Source: an uncultured delta proteobacterium (GTDB taxonomy: Bacteria; Desulfobacterota; Binatia; Binatales; Binataceae). Taken from it: 64,000 nucleotides of DNA. Positions 1-8,429 of this stretch are shown piece after piece. How positions within the stretch are numbered: the stretch's first letter is position 1; every line of letters begins with the position of its first letter. The notes beneath the pieces were generated by a model. It made no database searches and was not told the DNA's origin. It was given only the letters and a program-made list of their open reading frames with translations. The stretch lies in NCBI GenBank assembly GCA_963724765.1, contig CAVRVY010000004.1:480001-544000 (forward strand). Reading direction: 5' to 3'. The translations under genes were made by a program, and so were the position numbers.

Positions 1-724
1 GATCGAAGAAGCCGGTAAATTCCTTGAACTCGAATTCCTTGGCGTCAGGCACCGGGAGCAGCCCGCCGTTGTCGGCCATCGGGGCCAGGTGCGAAAAATA
101 GACCCGCTGATAAGTCGACTGAAGGATGCGTTGAAAGGTGCCCCCGCCGCCGAACATCTGCGCGATCTGCTGCGTGTCGGGAAGTGCGCCCTGGAAGTTG
201 GTTCCGGTGTCCCAGCTAATGTCCTTTTCGATATCGAACGGCGAGTGGCTGCCGCCAAAACGCACCCAGATCCACGGCAGCGTGTAGCAGGCCAGGCCGA
301 AATTTTGCCAACGCCATTCGTAGTTCCAGGCCGCCTTAAATCCCGCCATCGGATCGGAGACACTCAAAGCATCGGAGAAGGGCTGGCCACAGACGTAGTT
401 AAGCAAATCGCCGTCGGGTCCGAGGCGGACCTGACTTTGATATTTCTCCGTGCAACTCATGAAGTCCTGACGTGGGGTATGATCTTCGGGTTGCGCGATC
501 TCCATCCGTAGCTCGGGAAAATTCAACTGCTCGAGGTAGCCGGGCGGCACGAATGGCCGGATGCGCTCGAGGTCCTTCTGGGTCAAAACATCGCCCGGCT
601 TAAATGTGGGCTTGGCATCCAGGTACTTGTGCAGCCATACGTCGTAATCCGATCGCATCGGCAGCGTCTGTTGCGCTGTAGCGACGGATGCGCCCACGCC
701 GACTATGATCGCGGCAAGGACTAG
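1..724 (-). pseudogene. DUF1329-like secreted protein, main body; split from its start by IS630 and continuing off the left edge of the window
   Basis: Not in the ORF track. Manual minus-strand translation is open from 724 to 1: LVLAAIIVGVGASVATAQQ...KPGDVLTQKDLERIRPFVPPG...CTEKYQSQVRLGPDGDLLNYVCGQPF...DPMAGFKAAWNYEWRW, which matches the DUF1329 N-terminal pattern as I recall it. Confidence 0.75.
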
Positions 725-1876
725 TATTGTGTCCCACAAATAACTTTACAGGAGTGAGGCCCATCTGCTATGGTCCGGTGGAGGTTGAATGGGATGGGCA
801 GGCCGAATGCAGCCTTGATGATTACTCAGTCGGAGCGGTCGCAACTGCGCTCGATCGTGCGTTCGCGCAGCCTGCCGCATTCGTTGGTGCGGCGCGCACA
901 GATCGTGCTGCTGTCGGCCGCTGGCGCCGCCAACAGAGAGGTCGCCAGGCGCTGCGGGGTTAGTGCTCCGGTGGTCAGTCTGTGGCGCCAGCGTTATCAG
1001 CAACGCGGCATCGCCGGGCTGCACGCGGAACTTCGTCCGGGCCGACCGCGCAGCCATAGCGACGAACAGGTAGCGGGCTTGCTGCGCAAGGTACTGCACA
1101 GCAAGCCCGCCGTCGCCACCCACTGGAGCGTGCGCAGCGTGGCGGCGCATACTGGCATCTCCAAGAGCACGGTCGCGCGCTACTTCGCGCTGTTCGGCCT
1201 GCAACCACATCGGAGCAAGAGCTTTAAGCTGTCCACCGACCCGTTCTTCGTCGAAAAGGTCCGCGACATCGTTGGGCTTTATCTTAATCCGCCGGACAAC
1301 GCGCTGGTATTGTGCGTGGATGAGAAGAGCCAGGTGCAGGCCTTGGAGCGCACCCAACCAGTGCTGCCAATGGGGCTCGGTTATGTCGAGGGAGTGACTC
1401 ACGATTACTATCGTCACGGCACTACCACGCTCTTCGCGGCACTGGACATCGTCGACGGCGGGGTCATCTCCCAGTGCAAGCCGCGCCATCGCCACCAGGA
1501 ATTCCTGAGCTTTTTGAAACATCTCGATGCTAATATGCCGGCCGATCTTGAACTGCACCTGATCGCCGACAACTACGCGACTCACAAGCATCCCAAAGTC
1601 AGAGCGTGGCTCGCCAGCCATCCGCGCTTTCACCTTCACTTCACGCCCACCTACTCAAGCTGGCTCAACCAGATCGAGCGCTGGTTCGCGCTTATCACCC
1701 AGCAAGCGATTCGCCGCGGCTCGTTCCGCAACGTCCGGGAACTGGTGGGGAAGATCGACGCCTACGTGGCTCATTACAATGCCCACAAGCGGCCCTTCGT
1801 CTGGACTGCCACCGCCGACTCGATATTCAACAAACTCCAGCGCATCTGTAAACTTATTAATGGGACACAACACTAG
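721..1876 (+). mobile_element. IS630-family insertion sequence, about 1.15 kb, flanked by CTAG
   Basis: Left end 725-750 (TATTGTGTCCCACAAATAACTTTACA) matches the reverse complement of the right end 1847-1872 (TGTTGTGTCCCATTAATAAGTTTACA) at 22 of 26 positions. CTAG lies at both 721-724 and 1873-1876, and a transposase lies inside. Confidence 0.95.
794..1876 (+). CDS. IS630-family transposase
   Basis: N-terminal HTH (NREVARRCGVSAPVVSLWRQRY) and DDE motifs VDEKS / IADNY / NQIE. GGAGG at 780-784 precedes the ATG at 794; the ORF track start is 770. The stop codon is the TAG of the flanking CTAG. Confidence 0.95.
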   Translation: MGRPNAALMITQSERSQLRSIVRSRSLPHSLVRRAQIVLLSAAGAANREVARRCGVSAPVVSLWRQRYQQRGIAGLHAELRPGRPRSHSDEQVAGLLRKVLHSKPAVATHWSVRSVAAHTGISKSTVARYFALFGLQPHRSKSFKLSTDPFFVEKVRDIVGLYLNPPDNALVLCVDEKSQVQALERTQPVLPMGLGYVEGVTHDYYRHGTTTLFAALDIVDGGVISQCKPRHRHQEFLSFLKHLDANMPADLELHLIADNYATHKHPKVRAWLASHPRFHLHFTPTYSSWLNQIERWFALITQQAIRRGSFRNVRELVGKIDAYVAHYNAHKRPFVWTATADSIFNKLQRICKLINGTQH

Positions 1877-1936
1877 CAGCAGCCCTAACCCGCCCACACT
1901 CGACGCGCCTCGGTTGTGCTTGAGATTCGGTGTCAT
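1873..1936 (-). pseudogene. 5' end (start codon and first half of signal peptide) of the IS-interrupted DUF1329-like gene
   Basis: MTPNLKHNRGASSVGGLGLLL joins in frame to VLAAIIVGVGASVATA when the IS and one CTAG are removed. A GGAGG Shine-Dalgarno lies upstream on the minus strand. Confidence 0.8.
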
Positions 1937-2295
1937 TTGGATAGACCTCCTTGATCGAAGACTCCATATTGCTCGTTACACCACCAACAGTGGTTTGTTT
2001 GCGAATGTACAACGATAAGCAATGAGATGCACCTTTTGTCTTTAATGAGCGGGTTTGCACTCGCGATTGCACTAATTGACATGGAACCGGCGGCGCGGCC
2101 TCAAGTCGAAGCGCAAAGCGTCGACGCGCGAAAAATACGGCGGTCGGATTGCTAGCGCTCGGAGCCGCTACAAGCCTTTGCTCTGGCCTTCGCGGATCTG
2201 CGCGAACACCGACCGTGCGGGTCTGTCAATTCAAAGCGGGGTCAAAGCGGGGCGGTCTATCCGATCAAAGAAAATCTCCGGGCACACCGGTGATC

Positions 2296-3282
2296 TCAGT
2301 GAAGAAACTCGGGCATGACTTCCTTCACTAGCAGTTCGTGAGACTCTTCCGAGTCCGGGAGCACGACGAAATACGTCATCCCGGTTTCCTCGATCCGCGA
2401 GCGGATTTCGCGCTTCACCTCATCCGTAGTTCCCGCAAGGATCGAAGGAGCGCGCCGCGCCGCCTCTTCATCAGGGAAACCCCATTTTTTGGCGATCTCC
2501 CGCACGGCGGTGTCCGCCCGGCCCTTGTCCTTGGAAAGACTTATGAGGAGTAAGCCACTGATCTCGATCTCCTTCGGATCGCGGCCGGCCTCTTTCGTAA
2601 GACTGTGCAACCTTGCGATGCGCCGCTTGAGCTCGGCCTTATCGAATCTCACTGCCGCGGCAGGATCGTTGATCAGATCCTTGCCATTGAATATAGGCGG
2701 GATCAAATTCAGGATGTCGGCCTCGGCTGCGGCAATTTTTAGCAGTTTGCTTCCGGACCCGCCGAGCATGATTGGCGGATGCGGCTTCTGGAGCGGCCGC
2801 GGATTGTTGTAGGCCTTTTCAATCGAGAAATAGCTCCCGTGATAGGTCGGCTCGTCCTGCGTCCACATCGCCTTGAGCAGCTTGATTGCGTCCGCGAGTT
2901 GATCGAGCCGTTCGGAATTTGAGGGGTAAGGATAGTTGTGCGCGTCGTACTCCGAGCGCTCCCAGCCGGAGCCCAGGCCGAGAACCAATCGTCCGTTGCT
3001 CACGTGGTCCAGCGTCGAGGCGATCTTGGCCAGCAGCGGTGGGGAACGAAACGCGACCGCCGCCACCAATGAACCTATGCGGATCCGGGTGGTTACGGCC
3101 GCGATCGCGCTCAGGGTCGTGAAACACTCGAGTTGGGGCTCGCGGGCGGGGCGAAAGGGCGAAAAGAAATGATCGTTGAGCAACATCGAGTGAAACCCTT
3201 CGGTGTCGGCGCGCCTCGCCGTCCGCAGGGCTTGCGCATAATCGCCGGTTACCGAGAACAGTCCGAACTTCACTTCACGCAT
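2296..3282 (-). CDS. LLM-class (luciferase-like) flavin/F420-dependent oxidoreductase
   Basis: Motifs LNDHF, ECFTTLSAIAAVT, LAKIASTLDHVSNGRLVLGLGSGW and PRPLQKPHPPIMLGG. F420 dependence is inferred from the cof genes in this window. Confidence 0.9.
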   Translation of the reverse strand: MREVKFGLFSVTGDYAQALRTARRADTEGFHSMLLNDHFFSPFRPAREPQLECFTTLSAIAAVTTRIRIGSLVAAVAFRSPPLLAKIASTLDHVSNGRLVLGLGSGWERSEYDAHNYPYPSNSERLDQLADAIKLLKAMWTQDEPTYHGSYFSIEKAYNNPRPLQKPHPPIMLGGSGSKLLKIAAAEADILNLIPPIFNGKDLINDPAAAVRFDKAELKRRIARLHSLTKEAGRDPKEIEISGLLLISLSKDKGRADTAVREIAKKWGFPDEEAARRAPSILAGTTDEVKREIRSRIEETGMTYFVVLPDSEESHELLVKEVMPEFLH

Positions 3283-3559
3283 TCGATTGGACTCCCTGTG
3301 CCTTTACGAATTCTTGAGCTTTGGCCTTAAATGGTTTCCCACTTTCCGTCAAGCTGACGAGCATCGTGCCCGGCACAACGTAAATCAGATGTGTGACTTC
3401 GAGCCGGCGAACGAAGCGTCGCGCATGAGGGCGCGGAAAAAAATGTCGCAGGTGATAGTCCAGAAACGATCACCGGCTATGCGTCAGCAATGATGGTCGT
3501 GGCGGCACGCCGCAGATGACGCGAATCGAGACTCAATCGCTGCCGGCTCGAGGCCCGGC

Positions 3560-3907
3560 TCAGTTTCCGCCGTCCGAGCCTTCCGAGCCTTTGACCTCTG
3601 TCCACTCATCGCCGGATTGACTGTTGTCGGTGTCGGCGGCGTTTGCGTCCGCAGGAGAGGAGGAGTCGTCCTCTCTAATCTCCGTCGCCGTCGTGCCGGA
3701 TGAACCGCTTTGGGTGGAGGCCGCAGGGATAGAAGGAAGCTCCGCCCTTGGAGCCTCCACTGCGGCGCCTGCGGAGTGGCCGACCGCGAGTCCGTACTCA
3801 CCCATCGCTTGCGCTTTGGCCATCGGCACAAACGCCAACACGACCGCCGCAAAGGCGAGCGACGCTACTCCCGCTCTGAGTATCGAATCCCGCTTGACGC
3901 TAGCCAT
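3560..3907 (-). CDS. Hypothetical secreted protein with acidic low-complexity tail
   Basis: Sec signal peptide ending AKA-Q, purine-rich RBS, acidic Ser/Asp-rich C-terminus. Confidence 0.6.
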   Translation of the reverse strand: MASVKRDSILRAGVASLAFAAVVLAFVPMAKAQAMGEYGLAVGHSAGAAVEAPRAELPSIPAASTQSGSSGTTATEIREDDSSSPADANAADTDNSQSGDEWTEVKGSEGSDGGN

Positions 3908-4113
3908 TGAAGTCCCCCCTTCGCCAGTTTGTGATCCTCATACTTCAGGCGTGATGACCATTCCATAATAACCTTGCGCGCATGAACGTGCATAGCCCTG
4001 TCTGGACACGTTTTGACGCACGCAAATGACTGCAAGGACCAGGGCCGTCTGGCTAAAGACGACCCCGAGAGCTAAACCTGAAATGATCCCAATAACCTGA
4101 CGAGAAAGGTGAC

Positions 4114-4632
4114 ATGGAACAACCCACAGGCGAATTGATTGAACGGATCACGCGGCTGGAGCATCAACAGGCCGAGCTTCGACACGCCAACCGGCGGCTG
4201 CGGCTGGTGACGGGTGCGCTAATGCTGTTGACGAGCGCGGTCGTCCTGATGGGCCAGACCGCGCTGACGGGTCAGACCGCGCCCGTACAAAGCCTGGAGG
4301 CCGAGCAGTTTGTGCTGCGCGGCAGCGACGGCAAAGTACGAGGTGCGATGGGTATCGGGGATAATGGCGCGGTGGGGATCAATCTGAACGATACCAAGGG
4401 CCAGACGCGGATCACGGTTGATATTGCCCCCAATGGATCACCCGGGTTCGACCTCTATGACGGGGACGGCAAGATGCGTGCGACGCTCGCGCTCGGGCCG
4501 AAGGGAACACCGGGCCTGGGGCTTTACGATCCAAGCGGCAAATTGCGCACCAGTCTCGATATTCCCGCCGCCGAAACTCCGGGCCTGGCCTTCTATCATC
4601 CAGACGGAAAGCCAGCCTGGGGTGCTCCATGA
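4114..4632 (+). CDS. Hypothetical membrane-anchored protein with 23-aa beta-repeats
   Basis: AAAGGT RBS, coiled-coil N-terminus, one hydrophobic helix, then about 4.5 repeats of an LxDxxGKxRxxLxxxxxGxPG pattern. Confidence 0.75.
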   Translation: MEQPTGELIERITRLEHQQAELRHANRRLRLVTGALMLLTSAVVLMGQTALTGQTAPVQSLEAEQFVLRGSDGKVRGAMGIGDNGAVGINLNDTKGQTRITVDIAPNGSPGFDLYDGDGKMRATLALGPKGTPGLGLYDPSGKLRTSLDIPAAETPGLAFYHPDGKPAWGAP

Positions 4633-4678
4633 ACGGGGCGTATGGCGAGACGCTTGTTAGCGGAGGTATTTTTTAGCC

Positions 4679-4987
4679 GTGCTGCGCTTAATCCAAATCA
4701 TCCTGATACTGAGTTCGCTCTGTGGCCTGGGCGGATGCATAGGACCCGCCTACGGTCCTACTTACGGCTATCCTGAATACGGCTACTCGCCTTATTCCTA
4801 TGGCTTGCCGGTGTATGCCCGTGGCTACGCACCGAACTTTGCCGTGCACCATCCGTGGGAGGAGCATCATGCCTCCGGCCACAATGAGAGCTTCTTCCAT
4901 CCCGCAGCCGGTGGCGGGCATCCCGTCGGCCATGGCGGCGGCTATGGTGGGCATGCGGGCGGCGGTCCCGGAGGTGGGCACCGCTAA
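4679..4987 (+). CDS. Small putative lipoprotein, Tyr/Gly/His-rich
   Basis: GGAGG RBS with GTG start, hydrophobic leader ending LGGC, His/Gly-rich tail. Confidence 0.6.
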   Translation: MLRLIQIILILSSLCGLGGCIGPAYGPTYGYPEYGYSPYSYGLPVYARGYAPNFAVHHPWEEHHASGHNESFFHPAAGGGHPVGHGGGYGGHAGGGPGGGHR

Positions 4988-5076
4988 ACTTTCTTCGCCA
5001 ATGGCTCTCCTTGGACCGGAGAATCGTCACCTAACCGGACGACCGGCCCCGCGGCAGCGTGGCGTGGAGCAAACAA

Positions 5077-6081
5077 TCAACCGACGCGGAGCACGGCGGC
5101 GCCCTTGAGCTCGTCGTGCTTGAGCATGTTGAGCGCGCGGTTGGCCTCGTCCAGGCGCATCCCGAGCGTATGTGTGCGCACGGGAATTTCGCCTGCGATT
5201 TTCAGAAACTCCTCGCCGTCCGCACGCGTGTTGGCGGTCACGCTGCGCAACTCGCGTTCGTAGAAAAGATAACGCTCGTAGTCGAGCGCAGGCACCTGGC
5301 TCAGGTAGATTCCGGCGACCGCGAGGATGCCGCCGCGGTCGAGCGCCTCCAGCGCAGGCGGCACCAGTTCGCCGGCCGGAGCGAACAGGATCGCGGCGTC
5401 AAGCTTTTGCGGCGGCGGCGCGTCGGCCGGGCCGATCCAATCGGCGCCCAGCGCTTCAGCGAGTTCCTGATGGCGTCCGCCGCGGCTCATCACGAACACG
5501 CGGCATCGCCAATGCTTCAGCACCTGTATAGCGATATGCGCGGAGCCGCCGAAGCCATAAAGGCCGACGGTCGCGCCGGGCCGGACCTCGGCGCGCTTAA
5601 TCGCGCGAAAGCCGATTATTCCCGCGCACAAAAGCGGCGCGGCTGCCTCGTCACCGAGCCCGTCGGGGATCGCGTAGGCGAAATCCTCGCGCACGACCAC
5701 GAACTCGGCATAGCCGCCGTCGTGATCGTAACCGGTGAAGCGCGCGCCGGGGCAAAGATTTTCGCGTCCGCGCCGGCAATAAGCGCATTGGCCGCAGGTC
5801 TCGCGCAGCCACGCGACCCCGACGCGCGCTCCCGCGGCGGTAAAACGCGCGCATCCGGGGCCGCATCGCTCGACCGTGCCGACGATCTCATGGCCGGGGA
5901 CGATTCGCGGATGGCGCGCCGGCAGGTCACCCTCGGCGACGTGGAGGTCGGTGCGGCAGACGCCGCAGGTCTTGATGCGGACGAGGATTTCGCGCGGCCC
6001 GGGCTCGGGCTCGGGAAGCTCGATCGCGCGCAGCGGATCGGTTTCGATTGGGGCGGGCGTGTATACAGCCATCGCTTTCAT
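5077..6081 (-). CDS. Zinc-dependent alcohol dehydrogenase family protein
   Basis: CGVCRTDLH, GHE, structural zinc CGQCAYCRRGRENLC, GLYGFGGSAH Rossmann motif. Confidence 0.95.
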   Translation of the reverse strand: MKAMAVYTPAPIETDPLRAIELPEPEPGPREILVRIKTCGVCRTDLHVAEGDLPARHPRIVPGHEIVGTVERCGPGCARFTAAGARVGVAWLRETCGQCAYCRRGRENLCPGARFTGYDHDGGYAEFVVVREDFAYAIPDGLGDEAAAPLLCAGIIGFRAIKRAEVRPGATVGLYGFGGSAHIAIQVLKHWRCRVFVMSRGGRHQELAEALGADWIGPADAPPPQKLDAAILFAPAGELVPPALEALDRGGILAVAGIYLSQVPALDYERYLFYERELRSVTANTRADGEEFLKIAGEIPVRTHTLGMRLDEANRALNMLKHDELKGAAVLRVG

Positions 6082-6257
6082 TCTGTTAACATAGAAGTTT
6101 GGCTATTGTCCGCGGCGAAATCATCGCCTTCCTATCGCATGGCCGCTTCGAGTCCCAAACTACCATTCCAGCTCAAATTCTTGATACCTATGACGGGGCA
6201 CAAGAGCAGCGACGGTGGCGGTATGTTACGATAGCAGAGATCTTAATAGTTGCAGAG

Positions 6258-7031
6258 ATGGACATGACCCATACGCAAACACCAGAGACATGGCTCGCCC
6301 GAGGTTTCAGGCTTAGCCTGTTCCCTAGCGCGCCTATGTACGGAAAGCCTTCCTGGTGGGAGGAAATTGTAGGAAGACCCCCAGATTCAGAATCTTCCCA
6401 ACGCAGCCAGGGCTTGGTGCAACAGGCGGGAGTGTTTGAGGGCGGCCAGCTAGCCTTGATAACCCGACCGAGTAGGATCGATTGGACTTTCGGAGCGGTC
6501 GAGGGGGAACCTTCATCTGGAGATATCCCATCCCTGGGAGCATTCTCGAGCGTACTTGAACTGTTTACATCGCTCGCACATCGCTGGCTCAGCTCTTGCT
6601 CGTCTGCGACACGGCTAGCGTTCGGCGCTGACCTTGTTCAGCCGTCCGATTCTATAGCGGCAGCCTACTTGCGGCTCGGCTACTATCTGCAGTCGATCAA
6701 GATTGATCCTGAAAATTCGTCAGATTTTTTCTACAGGATCAACCGGCCTCGCCTATCTCGGTCAGGAATCAACGGGCTGAAGATAAACCGCTTATCCAGC
6801 TGGTCGGTTCTCCAAGCTAGGTTGCTCTCTTTTGAGGTGGCCGCCGTAGGCAGGCCTAAATCTTCGCACGTGTCTCTTGCTCCTTCAGCTCAGCCAGCGT
6901 GCCGCGTAGAACTAGACATTAACTCATCCGCGGACTTCGTGGGCGACCTTCCATCGGACACGCTGAACGTTCTCTTCTCTGAGCTGATAGAATTGGCAAA
7001 CGAGATCGCAACACAGGGAGATGTTCCATGA
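6258..7031 (+). CDS. Hypothetical protein, TIGR04255-like (island gene 1)
   Basis: Open frame with low GC. RIDW / RLAFG / FFYRINRP / ELDINS segments and an amphipathic C-terminal helix recall TIGR04255-type proteins. Start is uncertain (ATG 6258 or 6264; ORF track 6099). Its stop overlaps the next start (ATGA). Confidence 0.65.
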   Translation: MDMTHTQTPETWLARGFRLSLFPSAPMYGKPSWWEEIVGRPPDSESSQRSQGLVQQAGVFEGGQLALITRPSRIDWTFGAVEGEPSSGDIPSLGAFSSVLELFTSLAHRWLSSCSSATRLAFGADLVQPSDSIAAAYLRLGYYLQSIKIDPENSSDFFYRINRPRLSRSGINGLKINRLSSWSVLQARLLSFEVAAVGRPKSSHVSLAPSAQPACRVELDINSSADFVGDLPSDTLNVLFSELIELANEIATQGDVP

Positions 7032-7771
7032 ATTCCTCCGCTGTCACTTCCATAGGAACCCAGCAACCAGTATCCGCCGGTGGGACAGCCGCGCAATCCC
7101 CAACGCAAAACGACTTTGAGCATTCAGTACTCGCAAAAATGTTTACAGCTTTGGCAGAAGCACGAATGGATCCCGAGAGGTTAGCAGTTGTCCTCGTCGA
7201 AGGCCTGAGAGTGAACCCTAGCCTTTGGAAGGATCTCGATCGCTATGCTCTACTGCTAAGAAGTTTTGTAAACGAGCTGCCTGCAGAGTACGGGTCTCCA
7301 CCTGCCCAGTCCTCTAGCGCTCCACTGCAGACGTTAGCTCCTGCTAAATGGGCTGACGCGCAAGAAGCGTTGCGCGATCTGATCGAGCGAGGTCGGGAGC
7401 AAACTTTTGAAGACGGGATTGAAACGCCCTTCTCGAGGACCTTGCAGACCCTCTTGTCGAAGCACGGAATTTGCGCGCTGCAATTGCTTGAGCAGTATTG
7501 CCTTTCCGAAGCAGGCAATGGTTGCATCATCGCTGAAGTACTTCGCCAGTTTGGGCTTAGCGAGCAGCCCGAGACTCAAGAAGCTCGGTTCAAGATTCTG
7601 GTCCTCTGTTTGGGTCATCCGTCTCTCGCCGTGCGCGACGCCGCTGCGATCGGGCTTGCGTATCTGAATGATGTTCGTGCGGTTCCGCATCTGCGACAGG
7701 CCGCGAGCCGAGAATGCTCCCCCGATCTGCGCCACGACCTACGGGAAGTCATTGCACAACTGGAGGCTTAG
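7028..7771 (+). CDS. HEAT-repeat domain protein (island gene 2)
   Basis: Low-complexity N-terminus, FEDG motif, C-terminal HEAT-like helices LGHPSLAVRDAAAIGLAYLNDVRAVPHLRQAA. GGGAG RBS and ATGA coupling to gene 1. Confidence 0.75.
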   Translation: MNSSAVTSIGTQQPVSAGGTAAQSPTQNDFEHSVLAKMFTALAEARMDPERLAVVLVEGLRVNPSLWKDLDRYALLLRSFVNELPAEYGSPPAQSSSAPLQTLAPAKWADAQEALRDLIERGREQTFEDGIETPFSRTLQTLLSKHGICALQLLEQYCLSEAGNGCIIAEVLRQFGLSEQPETQEARFKILVLCLGHPSLAVRDAAAIGLAYLNDVRAVPHLRQAASRECSPDLRHDLREVIAQLEA

Positions 7772-7775
7772 AGCC

Positions 7776-8303
7776 TTGCCCTTTCTGCTTCGGAAGGTAA
7801 GAAAGAGCAAATGGTATAGTCGTCCCGATCTTCCTTGGCTTTTGCCGGGCGAACTTCAGGCTGACACTCTATCCGATCTTGCGACCAAGGATAACGCCTT
7901 ATCCGTTTACCTGATCCAAGATGATCTGGCCAATCTGGAGCGAGTCATTGCGGCACTGGCTGCGAGCGGTTCGCATGTCTCTATCATAGATTACGCCCTG
8001 CTAAATAGTGACGTCGCGCGTCGGTTGGGCTTCGAGCTGATATCCACGCCAGGCACAACTCCTGACAGGACGGTGAATATAGAGCTTCATCTTGAGTTCG
8101 CACATCTAACCGCCGGCAAACTAGCCACGCTGGCCGAAGAGATCCGAAAAGGATCACGGATAGAGCGAGTGCTGGATAAGAGAACTACGGAACTAGTGGC
8201 TAAAAGCATCCGCAGCGGACATATCGAAGCAAGTGTCGTAAACGAAGATTTCTTGTTGAGTCTGCAGAAAAACTGCAAGAAGCATTCAATCGCGCTCAGC
8301 TAG
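7776..8303 (+). CDS. Hypothetical protein, candidate ADP-ribosyltransferase/RES-like toxin (island gene 3)
   Basis: TTG start at 7776, 4 nt after the gene 2 stop, with GGAGG at 7762-7766; 175 aa. Shows LLRK (R6), NALSVY (S43) and HLE (H105/E107). The fold assignment is inference. Confidence 0.65.
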   Translation: MPFLLRKVRKSKWYSRPDLPWLLPGELQADTLSDLATKDNALSVYLIQDDLANLERVIAALAASGSHVSIIDYALLNSDVARRLGFELISTPGTTPDRTVNIELHLEFAHLTAGKLATLAEEIRKGSRIERVLDKRTTELVAKSIRSGHIEASVVNEDFLLSLQKNCKKHSIALS

Positions 8304-8360
8304 AATCTCACACACGCAAATAAAAAACGCCGCGCGCGATCAGACAGAAGGAGGCGCGCC

Positions 8361-8402
8361 AAGAAAAAACCTCACCCTCCCCGCAAATGACGCGGGCGAG
8401 GG
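8361..8402 (-). terminator. GC hairpin plus U-tract; probable terminator of the 2-oxoacid dehydrogenase operon, also REP-like
   Basis: Minus strand reads CCCTCGCCCGCG-TCATTT-GCGGGGAGGG-TGAGG-TTTTTTCTT, between convergent genes. Confidence 0.5.
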
Positions 8403-8429
8403 CATGAACAAATAGAGTCCAGAGAAAAC

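Noticed and set aside
89-511. 140-aa plus-strand ORF
   Set aside because: It is antisense to the DUF1329-like frame, which explains the region better.
746-1639. 297-aa ORF antisense to the IS630 transposase
   Set aside because: It lies entirely within the transposase, with no independent motif or RBS evidence.
2057-2253. Near-palindrome TGCACTCGCGATTGCA and 11-bp tandem TCAAAGCGGGG x2 in an intergenic region
   Set aside because: Short and isolated. They could be operator sites, but nothing supports a specific assignment.
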